The notes beneath the pieces are model-generated. The model had not been told where the DNA came from. It worked only from the letters and a program-made list of their open reading frames with translations, and did no database searches. DNA of 64,000 bases from assembly GCF_009931435.1 (NCBI RefSeq), contig NZ_CP043414.1; one strand, 5' to 3'. Shown piece after piece: positions 28,125 to 41,725 of the stretch; position 1 is the stretch's first letter, and each line of letters begins with the position of its first letter. The translations under genes and the position numbers were made by a program. Source of the DNA: Escherichia coli (lineage in GTDB: Bacteria > Pseudomonadota > Gammaproteobacteria > Enterobacterales > Enterobacteriaceae).

Positions 28125-29189
28125 TTAACTGTATGCATGTAGCGTACGTTGGCAAAGTGCCGAACGTACGCAATCCTCTTTACCGAATCGGACGATCCCG
28201 ACCATTTCATCTTCTTCGAAACGTTCCAGCGCGTCACTTAATCCGGAGCGCACGCCGCGAGGCAAATCGCATTGCGTGATATCACCGTTGACGATAACCG
28301 TCACGTTCTCCCCGAGGCGGGTTAAAAACATTTTCATTTGCGCGGCAGTCACATTCTGCGCCTCGTCAAGAATGACGACTGCATTTTCAAAGGTACGTCC
28401 ACGCATATAGGCGAACGGCGCGATTTCCACCTTCCCTATTTCCGGTCGCAGGCAGTACTGCATAAAGGAAGCCCCTAAGCGCCGGACCAGCACGTCGTAG
28501 ACCGGACGAAAATAGGGAGCAAACTTTTCTGCGATATCTCCAGGTAAGAAGCCAAGATCTTCATCGGCTTGCAGAACTGGACGGGTGACGATAATCCTGT
28601 CGACATCCTTATGTATCAGGGCCTCTGCCGCTTTTGCTGCGCTGATCCAGGTTTTTCCGCACCCGGCTTCGCCGGTGGCGAATATCAGCTGCTTACTCTC
28701 AATAGCCTTCAGATAGTGCAATTGCGCTTCATTTCGCGCGAGGATGGGCGAGGTATCGCGACTGTCGCGGGCCATACCAATGGCTTCTACGCCGCTCATC
28801 TGCACAAGCGAGGTGACCGATTCTTCTTCACGCTGCTTATGGCTGCGCGAATCCCGTCTCAGCACACGTTTTGCCTCGCGACGAGCTTTGATCACTGCTT
28901 TTTGTCTTCCCATGGAGAGCACCTTGAGTTGTTTGTATTCATCACACGCGCCGTTGGCAGCGCGATTATGCGCACGAACATCAGAGGGTTGGCTTCCTTG
29001 TAAGCCATAGTTTGCTTTTGGATAAAATGCCGAAAAACGGCTACGCGCACCGTTTACGGCGTCGGTAACACATGAAAAGAAAGGTTGAGGTTGAAAATGC
29101 AAAGTGACGAGATGACTACCGGAGGAGAAATCTCCGCGAGTGGTGGAGCGTTGCTTAACAAAACATTGTCCAGTACAGGACGTTACCAT
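28125..29189 (-). CDS. phoH: Phosphate-starvation-inducible ATPase PhoH (PsiH)
   Basis: 354-aa ORF with Walker A (GEAGCGKT); recognised as PhoH. Confidence 0.95.
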   Translation of the reverse strand: MVTSCTGQCFVKQRSTTRGDFSSGSHLVTLHFQPQPFFSCVTDAVNGARSRFSAFYPKANYGLQGSQPSDVRAHNRAANGACDEYKQLKVLSMGRQKAVIKARREAKRVLRRDSRSHKQREEESVTSLVQMSGVEAIGMARDSRDTSPILARNEAQLHYLKAIESKQLIFATGEAGCGKTWISAAKAAEALIHKDVDRIIVTRPVLQADEDLGFLPGDIAEKFAPYFRPVYDVLVRRLGASFMQYCLRPEIGKVEIAPFAYMRGRTFENAVVILDEAQNVTAAQMKMFLTRLGENVTVIVNGDITQCDLPRGVRSGLSDALERFEEDEMVGIVRFGKEDCVRSALCQRTLHAYS

Positions 29190-29338
29190 CCGCGATCTCC
29201 ATAGTGACTGACTATCACTGCCGGGAACTTCCGCTGCTACTTAATAATTACAACAGATCTCGCATTCATTGCAACAATATATTCACTTATATTTAACTAT
29301 AAAACACCATTTCAGTGACATTAGTTTCTACTGGAAAG

Positions 29339-29356
29339 ATGACAGAGTGATGACAG
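29339..29356 (-). promoter_or_regulatory. Pho box (PhoB binding site) upstream of phoH
   Basis: Minus-strand sequence CTGTCATCACTCTGTCAT: two CTGTCAT direct repeats separated by 4 nt (11-nt periodicity), matching the Pho box consensus, about 150 bp upstream of phoH. Confidence 0.6.
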
Positions 29357-29387
29357 TGATGAAAAAAGCTGTGTGCTTTCAGCAGGA

Positions 29388-29552
29388 TTCGCATCAGGCA
29401 TCAACGCACGAACGCCGGATGCGGCGTGACCGCCTTATCCTGCCTACCAAACCCGCACCGATTGTAGGCATGATAAGACGCGCAAGCGTCGCATCAGGCA
29501 TCAGCGCACGAGCGCACGAACGCCTGGTACGGCGTAAACGCCTTATACGCCT
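29388..29552. repeat. REP/BIME cluster between phoH upstream region and efeB 3' end
   Basis: Several REP-like palindromic units (gccggatgcggcgtgaccgccttatcc, tgtaggcatgataagacgcg..., gcatcaggca). Confidence 0.6.
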
Positions 29553-29559
29553 AAAAACA

Positions 29560-30831
29560 TTAAACCCGCAATAATGCGCTTCCGAGATAATCGCTCGCGT
29601 CCTTCACCCCCGGCAGCGCAAAAAAATAACCGCCGCCGATGGGTTTAACGTATTCCTCCAGCGCTTCACCATTGAGCCTTTTTTGTACTGTCAGGAAGCC
29701 CTTTTCCAGATCGTGTTGGTAGCAGACAAACAGCAACCCCATATCCAGTTGCCCGGAATTGGTGACGCCCAACGAATAACTGTAGCCACGACGCAGCATC
29801 AGGCTGGACTCGCTCTCCGCCGTGCGGGGATTCGCCAGCCGGATATGGCTGTCCAGCGCGATCACCTTCCCTTCCGGATCACTGGCATAATCGGGAACAT
29901 CATGCTCATGCTGCATTCCCAGCGGCGCACCGGTTTGCTTATCGCGACCAAAAATTGTCTGCTGTTCTTTCAGCGGCGTTCTGTCCCAAAATTCCACTCG
30001 AAACTGAATCAAACGCACCGCCTGGTAGCTGCCACCGATTGTCCACGCAGGCTCCTGCTGATCTGCCGTTACCCACACCACTTTTTGCATCAACTTATCA
30101 TTCTGGCTATCGGGATTGGCAGTGCCGTCTTTGAAACCCAGCAAATTAATCGGCGTCTCTTTGCCTTTACTACGCGCTGCGTGATCGGAAATAAACCCTT
30201 CCCGCTTCCAGCGCACACTGAGCAAATCCGGCGTATGTTTGATGATATCGCGCAGCGCATGGATCACCGTGTCCTGGGTGTTGGCGCAAATTTGTAGCAA
30301 CACATCACCATGACATAACGCCGCATCCAGCGAGTCGTTGGGGAAACGCGTCATCTTCTGCAACTTTTTCGGCATCTGTGGCGCAAGACCAAACCGTTCA
30401 TCAAACAACGAGTGACCAACTGACAACGTGATGGTGAGATTGTCGGGCGCAATGTAGCCGCCAAGAATGCCGGAATCGAGTGGTGGCAGGCGCGGATTTG
30501 GCGTTTCTGGTGCTGCTCCGCCCTGAGTCAGAAAAGCAAAACGCTGAGTCAACAAGCGAAACAATCGCTCAAGATCAGCTTTATCGCTGGCAAGCACATC
30601 AAACGCCACCAGCATCATTGCCGCCTGCTGCGGCGTCAGAATACCCGCCTGATGTTCGCCATAAAACGGCTGCGCTTCACTGCGCGCATCCGGTGAAAGC
30701 GTCCCCGGCGCACTTTGCGTTTTTTGAGCATGCGCTACCGGACAACTTCCTGCCAGTGCCAGCGCGCCAATCCCTTTCAGTAAACGTCGGCGTGACGGTT
30801 CATTCACGCCGTTTTCATCTTCATACTGCAT
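29560..30831 (-). CDS. efeB: Dye-decolorizing (DyP) peroxidase / deferrochelatase EfeB, Tat-secreted
   Basis: 423-aa ORF with twin-arginine signal ([17 protein letters not shown]); recognised as EfeB/YcdB. Confidence 0.95.
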   Translation of the reverse strand: MQYEDENGVNEPSRRRLLKGIGALALAGSCPVAHAQKTQSAPGTLSPDARSEAQPFYGEHQAGILTPQQAAMMLVAFDVLASDKADLERLFRLLTQRFAFLTQGGAAPETPNPRLPPLDSGILGGYIAPDNLTITLSVGHSLFDERFGLAPQMPKKLQKMTRFPNDSLDAALCHGDVLLQICANTQDTVIHALRDIIKHTPDLLSVRWKREGFISDHAARSKGKETPINLLGFKDGTANPDSQNDKLMQKVVWVTADQQEPAWTIGGSYQAVRLIQFRVEFWDRTPLKEQQTIFGRDKQTGAPLGMQHEHDVPDYASDPEGKVIALDSHIRLANPRTAESESSLMLRRGYSYSLGVTNSGQLDMGLLFVCYQHDLEKGFLTVQKRLNGEALEEYVKPIGGGYFFALPGVKDASDYLGSALLRV

Positions 30832-30836
30832 AACGC

Positions 30837-31964
30837 TTAATCCAGTCCCAGCACACCACGAAGTTGCGCCAGATCTTCCGCCAGCGCAGTAATCGGCCCT
30901 TTCAGCGCATTACGGTCGGCATCGGTCAGCTTGTCGTAAGTTTCATAACCGTCTTTGGTTCGGTATTTCGCCAGAATGGTATCTACCTTTTTGAAGTTGG
31001 CATCGACTTTTGCCAGCAGTTCCGGGTTGGCTTTTTGCAGTTGCGGACGCAGCAGATCGACAATTTTCTGCGAGCCTTCAACGTTAGCCTGGAAGTCCCA
31101 CAGATCGGTGTGGCTGTAGCGATCTTCTTCACCGCTGATTTTGCTGGCTGCCACTTCCTCAATCAGTCCGGCTGCGCCGCCGACCACTTTTGAAGGTGGG
31201 AAAGCCAGTTCACTGATCCGTTTTTGTAAATCGACCACATCGGTATAAAGCTGGTCAGCATACTGATCCATTCCTTTGGTGGTGTTGTCGCCAAACAATG
31301 CTTTTTCCAGACGGTGGAAACCGGTGAATTTCGGATCGCCGGCTTTTTGCTCGTAATCATCTTCACGGGCGTCAATGCTACCATCCAGATCAGAGAACAG
31401 CTCAGCAATCGGTTCAATGCGCTCATAGTGCTGGCGCGTCGGCGCATACAGTGCTTTCGCTTTTTCGATATCGCCTGCTTTAATAGCGTCGGTAAATGCT
31501 TTGGTGTCGGTCACCAGCTGCGTGGTTTCCGCCATGACATACGCTTTATATGCAGTAATTGCACCACCAAGACTTAACAGCGCATCACTTTGCGTCGCAT
31601 CCGCCGTTGCTTCACCTTTAACGATCAACTTCCCTTTCGGGTTAGTCAGCAGACCGCAGGTCATATCGTATTCGCCAGGCTGTAAATTCGCCGTCATTTT
31701 CTGGCTAAAACCAGGGGCGATATTTTCCCGCTCTTCCACCACCATCACGCCTTTGAGGATCTCCCACTCCAGCGCCTTCTGGCTGTGGTTCTGAATAATG
31801 AACTGTGTTTTCCCGGCGTTAACCGTAATGGTCATCGGTTCGCACTGTTTATCCGTCACGGTCACTTTGACCTGCGGAACATCAGCAGCGTTAGCCATAA
31901 AAGCAGAGGAGAACAGCGCAGCCACGCTTAATTGCAGTGCACTATGGCGGAAGTTAATGGTCAT
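30837..31964 (-). CDS. efeO: Periplasmic iron uptake protein EfeO (cupredoxin + M75 peptidase-like)
   Basis: 375-aa ORF with signal peptide; recognised as EfeO/YcdO. Confidence 0.95.
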   Translation of the reverse strand: MTINFRHSALQLSVAALFSSAFMANAADVPQVKVTVTDKQCEPMTITVNAGKTQFIIQNHSQKALEWEILKGVMVVEERENIAPGFSQKMTANLQPGEYDMTCGLLTNPKGKLIVKGEATADATQSDALLSLGGAITAYKAYVMAETTQLVTDTKAFTDAIKAGDIEKAKALYAPTRQHYERIEPIAELFSDLDGSIDAREDDYEQKAGDPKFTGFHRLEKALFGDNTTKGMDQYADQLYTDVVDLQKRISELAFPPSKVVGGAAGLIEEVAASKISGEEDRYSHTDLWDFQANVEGSQKIVDLLRPQLQKANPELLAKVDANFKKVDTILAKYRTKDGYETYDKLTDADRNALKGPITALAEDLAQLRGVLGLD

Positions 31965-32021
31965 GACGAGACTATCCCTTTAAAGTATGTTGTAACTAAG
32001 CAAGAGTTTGCGTCATTTTCG

Positions 32022-32852
32022 TTACGCGGAGCGAGACGCTGTCGCCCCTGCGCGCGGCGGCAGAGTAAATGCCACCAGCGCCGGGATGAGATAAATAAAC
32101 CAGACGGCGACTTCGCTGACGCTCGGCGCTTCCTGATAACCAAAGATACCTTCCATCAGCGTACCGAACAGCGAGTGAGTTGAGAGCACCGCGCTCATAT
32201 CGAAGGCGATTTCCTGAAAGTGGTTCCACAGCCCGGCTTCATGAAACGCGCGAATAGCACCAGCAGCCAGCCCTGCGGCGACGAAGAGAATAAACAGGCT
32301 GGTCCATTTAAAAAACGCGCCAAGATTGAGGCGAATACCGCCCCAGTAGAGCAGGAAGCCGAGCACCACGGCTGTAGCAAGACCGAGCATTGCACCCAGC
32401 GGAGGCCAGATCCCGACATCTTGTTGAAACGCCGCCAGCAGGAAAAAGACCGACTCCAGTCCTTCCCTTGCAACGGCAAAAAAGACCATCATCACCAGCG
32501 CCCAGCCATGATGATTCCCACGCTGCAATGCGCTATCGACTGCCTGTTCCAGTTGCACTTTGACGTTGCGCGACACTTTACGCATCCAGAAAACCATCCA
32601 GGTGAGGATCACCACGGCAATCACCGCCACGATACCTTCGAACAATTCCTGCTCTTTTTGCGGAAATTCGCCGGTGGTTTCATTAATGAAGATACCCAGC
32701 CCCAGGCACAACGCAGCGGCTAGCAACACGCCAATCCACATGACACCAATCCATCGACCTCGCTGGGTACGCTTAAGATAGCTGGCAATCAGGCTGACAA
32801 TCAGCGCGGCTTCAAGTCCTTCGCGCAACATAATGAGAAACGGAACAAACAT
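32022..32852 (-). CDS. efeU: Ferrous iron permease EfeU (FTR1 family), apparently intact
   Basis: ORF 32022..32861; start at MFVPFLIMLREGLEA gives 276 aa with both REGLE motifs (REGLEA, REGLES) and no frameshift. Confidence 0.93.
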   Translation of the reverse strand: MFVPFLIMLREGLEAALIVSLIASYLKRTQRGRWIGVMWIGVLLAAALCLGLGIFINETTGEFPQKEQELFEGIVAVIAVVILTWMVFWMRKVSRNVKVQLEQAVDSALQRGNHHGWALVMMVFFAVAREGLESVFFLLAAFQQDVGIWPPLGAMLGLATAVVLGFLLYWGGIRLNLGAFFKWTSLFILFVAAGLAAGAIRAFHEAGLWNHFQEIAFDMSAVLSTHSLFGTLMEGIFGYQEAPSVSEVAVWFIYLIPALVAFTLPPRAGATASRSA

Positions 32853-32908
32853 GCCACCCACCCTTAAACGTTTTTCTGAGTCAATCTATGCAAAGAAAAG
32901 TAAATCGC

Positions 32909-32970
32909 AGTGATAGCGATTATCATTACGGTGAAGAAAAACACAAGCGGAATGTAGTGATAATGATGAG
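32909..32970 (-). promoter_or_regulatory. Fur box-like sequences in the efeUOB promoter region
   Basis: Minus-strand TAATGATAATCGCTATCA (32911-32928) resembles Fur consensus GATAATGATAATCATTATC; second GTGATAATGATGAG at 32957-32970. Confidence 0.55.
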
Positions 32971-32998
32971 GAAATGTAAATTTTTTTTGAGAGAAAAT

Positions 32999-33027
32999 GC
33001 AGAGGGCAATCACTGATTGCCCTCTGC
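32999..33027 (-). terminator. Strong hairpin 3' of putP (13-bp stem gcagagggcaatc / gattgccctctgc)
   Basis: Near-perfect 13-bp inverted repeat about 45 nt downstream of the putP stop; T-run is weak. Confidence 0.5.
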
Positions 33028-33071
33028 CTGCTTCTGATTATGACGTGGGATTTTCGGTAAAACGCCTTCCC

Positions 33072-34580
<1,509 letters not shown>

Positions 34581-34768
34581 CTAAAGTCTCCAAAAAATTA
34601 TTATCGGCAATGTCGAAACTTGCCGTTATATCTGCCACCGGAACGGGGTAACAGAGTTTATGTTTTCCCAGGGCGACCGTATCCTGCCGGAAGCGCTGGT
34701 TATTCACAATCGATTTAACACACCATTTACATTAAATTTTAGTGCTCAGCGATACTATTTTTCATCAG

Positions 34769-34976
34769 GTTGCACTCCCTCACATTTTTTGCGGTTGCAC
34801 CTTTCAAAAATGTTAACTGCCGCAGAGAAAAAGTCTGAGTTATTTTTTTAATCCCTGTCATATCGATTTCTTTTATTAACATTTCATTCATTTTTAAGCT
34901 TGCTACGCAGGTCACATTTAACATGGTTGCACAAAGTTGCAACATCATGGATATTTCACGATAACGTTAAGTTGCA
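34769..34976. promoter_or_regulatory. put control region with five GTTGCA motifs (PutA operator half-sites) between divergent putP and putA
   Basis: GTTGCA at about 34769, 34794, 34926, 34936 (as palindromic GTTGCAAC) and 34971; PutA is known to bind GTTGCA in the put intergenic DNA. Confidence 0.7.
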
Positions 34977-35002
34977 CCTTTCAGAACAACAGGAGTAATG
35001 GC

Positions 35003-38000
35003 ATGGGAACCACCACCATGGGGGTTAAGCTGGACGACGCGACGCGTGAACGCATTAAGTCTGCCGCGACACGTATCGATCGCACACCGCACTGGTTAAT
35101 TAAGCAGGCGATTTTTTCTTATCTTGAACAACTGGAAAACAGCGATACTCTGCCGGAGCTACCTGCGCTGCTTTCTGGCGCGGCCAATGAGAGCGATGAA
35201 GTACCGAATCCGGCAGAGGAACCACACCAGCCATTCCTCGACTTTGCCGAGCAAATTTTGCCACAGTCGGTTTCCCGTGCGGCTATCACCGCCGCCTATC
35301 GCCGCCCGGAAACCGAAGCGGTTTCTATGCTGCTGGAACAAGCTCGCCTGCCGCAGCCGGTTGCTGAACAGGCGCATAAACTGGCGTATCAACTGGCCGA
35401 TAAACTGCGTAATCAAAAAAATGCCAGTGGTCGCGCAGGCATGGTTCAGGGATTATTGCAGGAGTTTTCGCTGTCATCGCAGGAAGGCGTGGCGCTGATG
35501 TGTCTGGCGGAAGCGCTATTGCGTATTCCCGACAAAGCCACCCGTGATGCGTTAATACGCGACAAAATCAGCAACGGTAACTGGCAGTCACATATTGGTC
35601 GTAGCCCGTCGCTGTTTGTTAATGCCGCCACCTGGGGGCTTCTCTTTACCGGCAAACTGGTTTCTACCCATAACGAAGCCAGCCTCTCGCGTTCGCTGAA
35701 TCGCATTATCGGTAAGAGTGGCGAACCGCTGATCCGCAAAGGTGTGGATATGGCGATGCGTCTGATGGGCGAGCAGTTCGTCACTGGTGAAACCATCGCG
35801 GAAGCGTTAGCCAATGCCCGCAAGCTGGAAGAGAAAGGTTTCCGTTACTCCTACGATATGCTGGGCGAAGCCGCACTGACCGCAGCGGACGCGCAGGCAT
35901 ATATGGTTTCCTACCAGCAGGCGATTCACGCTATTGGTAAAGCCTCCAATGGTCGTGGCATCTATGAAGGTCCAGGCATTTCAATCAAGCTGTCGGCGCT
36001 GCATCCGCGCTACAGCCGCGCCCAGTACGATCGGGTAATGGAAGAGCTTTACCCGCGTCTGAAATCACTCACCTTGCTGGCGCGTCAGTACGATATTGGT
36101 ATTAACATTGATGCCGAAGAGGCCGATCGTCTGGAGATCTCCCTCGATCTGTTGGAAAAGCTTTGTTTCGAGCCTGAACTGGCAGGCTGGAACGGCATCG
36201 GTTTTGTTATTCAGGCTTATCAAAAACGCTGCCCGCTGGTGATCGATTACCTGATTGATCTCGCCACCCGCAGCCGTCGTCGTCTGATGATTCGCCTGGT
36301 GAAAGGCGCGTACTGGGATAGTGAAATCAAACGTGCGCAAATGGACGGCCTTGAAGGTTATCCGGTTTATACCCGCAAGGTGTATACCGACGTTTCTTAT
36401 CTCGCCTGTGCGAAAAAGCTGCTGGCGGTGCCGAATCTAATCTACCCGCAGTTCGCAACGCACAACGCCCATACGCTGGCGGCAATTTATCAACTGGCGG
36501 GTCAAAACTACTATCCGGGTCAGTACGAGTTCCAGTGCCTGCATGGTATGGGCGAGCCACTGTATGAGCAGGTCACCGGGAAAGTTGCCGACGGTAAACT
36601 TAACCGACCGTGTCGTATTTATGCTCCGGTCGGTACCCATGAAACACTGCTGGCATATCTGGTGCGTCGCCTGCTGGAAAACGGTGCTAACACCTCGTTT
36701 GTTAACCGTATTGCCGACACCTCTTTGCCACTGGATGAACTGGTCGCCGATCCGGTCACTGCTGTAGAACAACTGGCACAACAGGAAGGGCAAACTGGAT
36801 TACCCCATCCGAAAATTCCCCTGCCGCGCGATCTTTACGGTCACGGGCGCGACAACTCGGCAGGGCTGGATCTCGCTAACGAACACCGGCTGGCATCCCT
36901 CTCTTCTGCCCTGCTCAATAGTGCACTGCAAAAATGGCAGGCCTTGCCAATGCTGGAACAACCGGTAGCGGCAGGTGAGATGTCGCCCGTTATTAACCCT
37001 GCGGAACCGAAAGATATTGTGGGCTTTGTGCGTGAAGCCACGCCGCGTGAAGTAGAACAGGCGCTGGAAAGTGCAGTTAATAACGCGCCAATCTGGTTTG
37101 CCACGCCTCCGGCCGAACGCGCGGCGATTTTGCATCGCGCTGCCGTACTGATGGAAAGCCAGATGCAGCAACTGATTGGTATTCTGGTGCGTGAAGCCGG
37201 AAAAACCTTCAGTAACGCCATTGCCGAAGTGCGCGAAGCGGTCGATTTTCTCCACTACTACGCCGGACAGGTGCGGGATGATTTCGCTAACGAAACCCAC
37301 CGTCCATTAGGGCCTGTGGTGTGTATCAGCCCGTGGAATTTCCCGCTGGCGATTTTCACCGGGCAAATCGCTGCCGCACTGGCGGCAGGTAACAGCGTAC
37401 TGGCAAAACCGGCAGAACAAACGCCGCTGATTGCCGCACAAGGGATTGCCATTTTGCTGGAAGCGGGCGTACCGCCAGGCGTGGTGCAGTTGTTGCCCGG
37501 TCAGGGTGAAACCGTAGGTGCACAACTGACGGGTGATGATCGCGTACGCGGGGTGATGTTTACCGGCTCAACCGAAGTCGCTACGTTACTGCAACGCAAT
37601 ATCGCCAGCCGCCTGGACGCTCAGGGCCGCCCAATTCCACTCATCGCAGAAACCGGCGGCATGAACGCGATGATTGTCGATTCCTCCGCCCTGACCGAAC
37701 AGGTCGTCGTGGATGTACTGGCCTCGGCCTTCGACAGTGCAGGTCAGCGTTGTTCGGCACTGCGCGTGCTGTGTCTGCAAGATGAAATTGCCGACCACAC
37801 GCTGAAAATGCTGCGCGGCGCAATGGCCGAATGCCGGATGGGTAATCCGGGTCGCCTGACCACCGATATCGGTCCGGTGATTGATGGCGAAGCGAAGACC
37901 AATATTGAGCGCCATATTCAGACCATGCGTAGCAAAGGCCGTCCGGTGTTCCAGGCGGTGCGGGAAAACAGCGAAGATGCCCGTGAATGGCAAAGCGGCA

Positions 38001-38965
38001 CCTTTGTCGCCCCGACGCTGATCGAACTGGATGACTTTGCCGAATTGCAAAAAGAGGTCTTTGGTCCGGTGCTGCATGTGGTGCGTTACAACCGTAACCA
38101 GCTCCCAGAGCTGATCGAGCAGATTAACGCTTCCGGTTATGGTCTGACGCTTGGCGTTCATACACGTATTGATGAAACCATTGCCCAGGTCACTGGCTCG
38201 GCCCATGTTGGTAACCTGTATGTTAACCGTAATATGGTGGGCGCAGTGGTGGGTGTGCAGCCGTTCGGCGGCGAAGGGTTGTCCGGTACCGGGCCGAAAG
38301 CAGGCGGTCCGCTCTATCTCTATCGTCTGCTGGCGAATCGCCCGGAAAGTGCGCTGGCGGTGACGCTCGCGCGTCAGGATGCAGAGTATCCGGTCGATGC
38401 GCAGTTGAAAGCCGCATTGACTCAGCCACTGAATGCACTGCGGGAATGGGCAGCAAATCGTCCAGAATTGCAGGCGTTATGTACGCAATATGGCGAGCTG
38501 GCGCAGGCAGGAACACAACGATTGCTGCCAGGGCCGACGGGTGAACGCAACACCTGGACGCTGCTGCCGCGTGAGCGCGTATTGTGTATCGCGGATGATG
38601 AACAGGATGCGCTGACACAGCTCGCCGCCGTGCTGGCGGTGGGCAGCCAGGTACTGTGGCCGGATGACACGCTGCATCGTCAGTTAGTGAAGGCATTGCC
38701 ATCGGCAGTCAGCGAACGTATTCAACTGGCGAAAGCGGAAAATATAACCGCTCAACCATTTGATGCGGTGATCTTCCACGGTGATTCGGATCAGCTTCGC
38801 GCATTGTGTGAAGCCGTTGCCGCGCGGGATGGTGCAATTGTTTCAGTGCAGGGTTTTGCCCGTGGCGAAAGCAATATCCTTCTGGAACGGCTGTATATCG
38901 AACGCTCGCTGAGCGTGAATACCGCTGCCGCTGGCGGTAACGCCAGTTTAATGACGATCGGTTAA
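35003..38965 (+). CDS. putA: Bifunctional proline dehydrogenase / P5C dehydrogenase and autorepressor PutA
   Basis: ORF 34937..38965; start at ATG 35003 (MGTTTMGVKLDDATRERIKSAA..., RHH DNA-binding N-terminus) with AGGAG RBS; 1320 aa. Confidence 0.96.
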   Translation: MGTTTMGVKLDDATRERIKSAATRIDRTPHWLIKQAIFSYLEQLENSDTLPELPALLSGAANESDEVPNPAEEPHQPFLDFAEQILPQSVSRAAITAAYRRPETEAVSMLLEQARLPQPVAEQAHKLAYQLADKLRNQKNASGRAGMVQGLLQEFSLSSQEGVALMCLAEALLRIPDKATRDALIRDKISNGNWQSHIGRSPSLFVNAATWGLLFTGKLVSTHNEASLSRSLNRIIGKSGEPLIRKGVDMAMRLMGEQFVTGETIAEALANARKLEEKGFRYSYDMLGEAALTAADAQAYMVSYQQAIHAIGKASNGRGIYEGPGISIKLSALHPRYSRAQYDRVMEELYPRLKSLTLLARQYDIGINIDAEEADRLEISLDLLEKLCFEPELAGWNGIGFVIQAYQKRCPLVIDYLIDLATRSRRRLMIRLVKGAYWDSEIKRAQMDGLEGYPVYTRKVYTDVSYLACAKKLLAVPNLIYPQFATHNAHTLAAIYQLAGQNYYPGQYEFQCLHGMGEPLYEQVTGKVADGKLNRPCRIYAPVGTHETLLAYLVRRLLENGANTSFVNRIADTSLPLDELVADPVTAVEQLAQQEGQTGLPHPKIPLPRDLYGHGRDNSAGLDLANEHRLASLSSALLNSALQKWQALPMLEQPVAAGEMSPVINPAEPKDIVGFVREATPREVEQALESAVNNAPIWFATPPAERAAILHRAAVLMESQMQQLIGILVREAGKTFSNAIAEVREAVDFLHYYAGQVRDDFANETHRPLGPVVCISPWNFPLAIFTGQIAAALAAGNSVLAKPAEQTPLIAAQGIAILLEAGVPPGVVQLLPGQGETVGAQLTGDDRVRGVMFTGSTEVATLLQRNIASRLDAQGRPIPLIAETGGMNAMIVDSSALTEQVVVDVLASAFDSAGQRCSALRVLCLQDEIADHTLKMLRGAMAECRMGNPGRLTTDIGPVIDGEAKTNIERHIQTMRSKGRPVFQAVRENSEDAREWQSGTFVAPTLIELDDFAELQKEVFGPVLHVVRYNRNQLPELIEQINASGYGLTLGVHTRIDETIAQVTGSAHVGNLYVNRNMVGAVVGVQPFGGEGLSGTGPKAGGPLYLYRLLANRPESALAVTLARQDAEYPVDAQLKAALTQPLNALREWAANRPELQALCTQYGELAQAGTQRLLPGPTGERNTWTLLPRERVLCIADDEQDALTQLAAVLAVGSQVLWPDDTLHRQLVKALPSAVSERIQLAKAENITAQPFDAVIFHGDSDQLRALCEAVAARDGAIVSVQGFARGESNILLERLYIERSLSVNTAAAGGNASLMTIG

Positions 38966-39004
38966 GCAGGTTGCCGGAGGATGCTATAACCTCCTCCGGC
39001 ATCA

Positions 39005-39643
39005 TTAACGTGGTCGAATCCCCTCAATAATAATCCGCTGCACGTTTTCAACCGTTTGATTGAAAAATACCTCATCGCGCAACGTCGCGCCTGTCACCGC
39101 CTCCACCTGAGGGGCGAAATCGGCGTAATGTTGAGTGGAAGCCCAAATCATAAAAATCAAATGCTGCGGGTCAATCGGCGCGAGTTTGCCGCTTTTTACC
39201 CAACCGGCAATCAGCGCCGATTTCTCATCAATTAATGCCTTCAAATCGCCCGTCAGTTCATCCATTAACAACGGCGCGCCTGCCAGCATCTCCATACAGA
39301 ACAGGCGCGAAGCCTGCGGATAATCGCGTGAGACTTCCAGCTTCAGACGGATGTACTCTTTGATCGCCGCCAGCGGGGCGAAATCTTCACGAAACGCTTT
39401 TAACGGTGCCAGCCAGATATCGAGAATCTGCCGCAGTACGGCAATATACAGCGCCTCTTTTGACGGAAAGTAATACAGCAGATTGGTTTTTGAAACGCCT
39501 GCCAACTCTGCGATCTGCTCCAGCCTTGTGCCGTGAAAACCGAATTGCGAAAAAGTGTCCAGTGCTGCGCTAAGAATCGCTTTTTTCTTCGCGCTCACTG
39601 CGCGCGAACGTTTACCCGTTGTTTTCACTGCGCCTTGCGTCAT
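39005..39643 (-). CDS. rutR: TetR-family repressor RutR (YcdC)
   Basis: ORF 39005..39670; start at MTQGAVKTTGKRSRAV gives 212 aa; TetR-type HTH. Confidence 0.93.
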   Translation of the reverse strand: MTQGAVKTTGKRSRAVSAKKKAILSAALDTFSQFGFHGTRLEQIAELAGVSKTNLLYYFPSKEALYIAVLRQILDIWLAPLKAFREDFAPLAAIKEYIRLKLEVSRDYPQASRLFCMEMLAGAPLLMDELTGDLKALIDEKSALIAGWVKSGKLAPIDPQHLIFMIWASTQHYADFAPQVEAVTGATLRDEVFFNQTVENVQRIIIEGIRPR

Positions 39644-39749
39644 GCGCTCTCCCCTCTTGTAGATTGGCAACAGGATAGCAAAACCCCTGCCCGGCCTCGA
39701 CCTTCTGCACTCTCATCGCGCACGGATGCATGTTTTATGTGCAACTGTT

Positions 39750-39765
39750 TTGACCGTTTAGTCCA
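39750..39765. promoter_or_regulatory. Candidate RutR operator (TTGACCGTTTAGTCCA)
   Basis: Partial match to the published RutR consensus TTGACCAnnTGGTCAA in the rutR-rutA intergenic region. Confidence 0.4.
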
Positions 39766-39829
39766 CTTTTTTCCAGATATTTTAGACAACTTAACATTAA
39801 CACATTAATAACATTCACTTTTTATAAAC

Positions 39830-39845
39830 TGGCATCCGCTTTGCA
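39830..39845 (+). promoter_or_regulatory. Sigma-54 (-24/-12) promoter of the rut operon
   Basis: TGGCAT-ccgct-TTGCA matches TGGCAC-N5-TTGCA about 30 nt upstream of the rutA ATG; rutA is known to be NtrC/sigma-54 dependent. Confidence 0.65.
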
Positions 39846-39873
39846 AACAAACCATTACGCGGCTGAAAAGGAT

Positions 39874-41714
<1,841 letters not shown>

Positions 41715-41725
41715 GGAGTTTAACG

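Noticed and set aside
29269-29574. 101-aa ORF in the phoH-efeB intergenic region, and ORFs at 45401..45622 and 51329..51544
   Set aside because: They are composed largely of REP/BIME palindromic repeats; Arg/Ala-rich translations are typical REP artefacts.
34937-35002. Longer starts for putA (34937) and rutA (39841) given by the ORF track
   Set aside because: The upstream extensions overlap the put operator region and the rut sigma-54 promoter respectively; internal ATGs with good RBS reproduce the conserved N-termini.
37586-38206. 206-aa antisense ORF inside putA, and similar antisense ORFs inside torA (53298..54092), torC (54536..55258), putP (33624..34259), opgH (4884..5369), efeB (29683..30297) and rutA (40204..40704)
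   Set aside because: Each is fully embedded antisense to a long, well-recognised conserved CDS in GC-rich sequence; typical shadow ORFs with no independent support.
38973-39000. Hairpin between convergent putA and rutR as a terminator
   Set aside because: 8-bp stem with a 12-nt loop and no T-run on either side; too weak to call.
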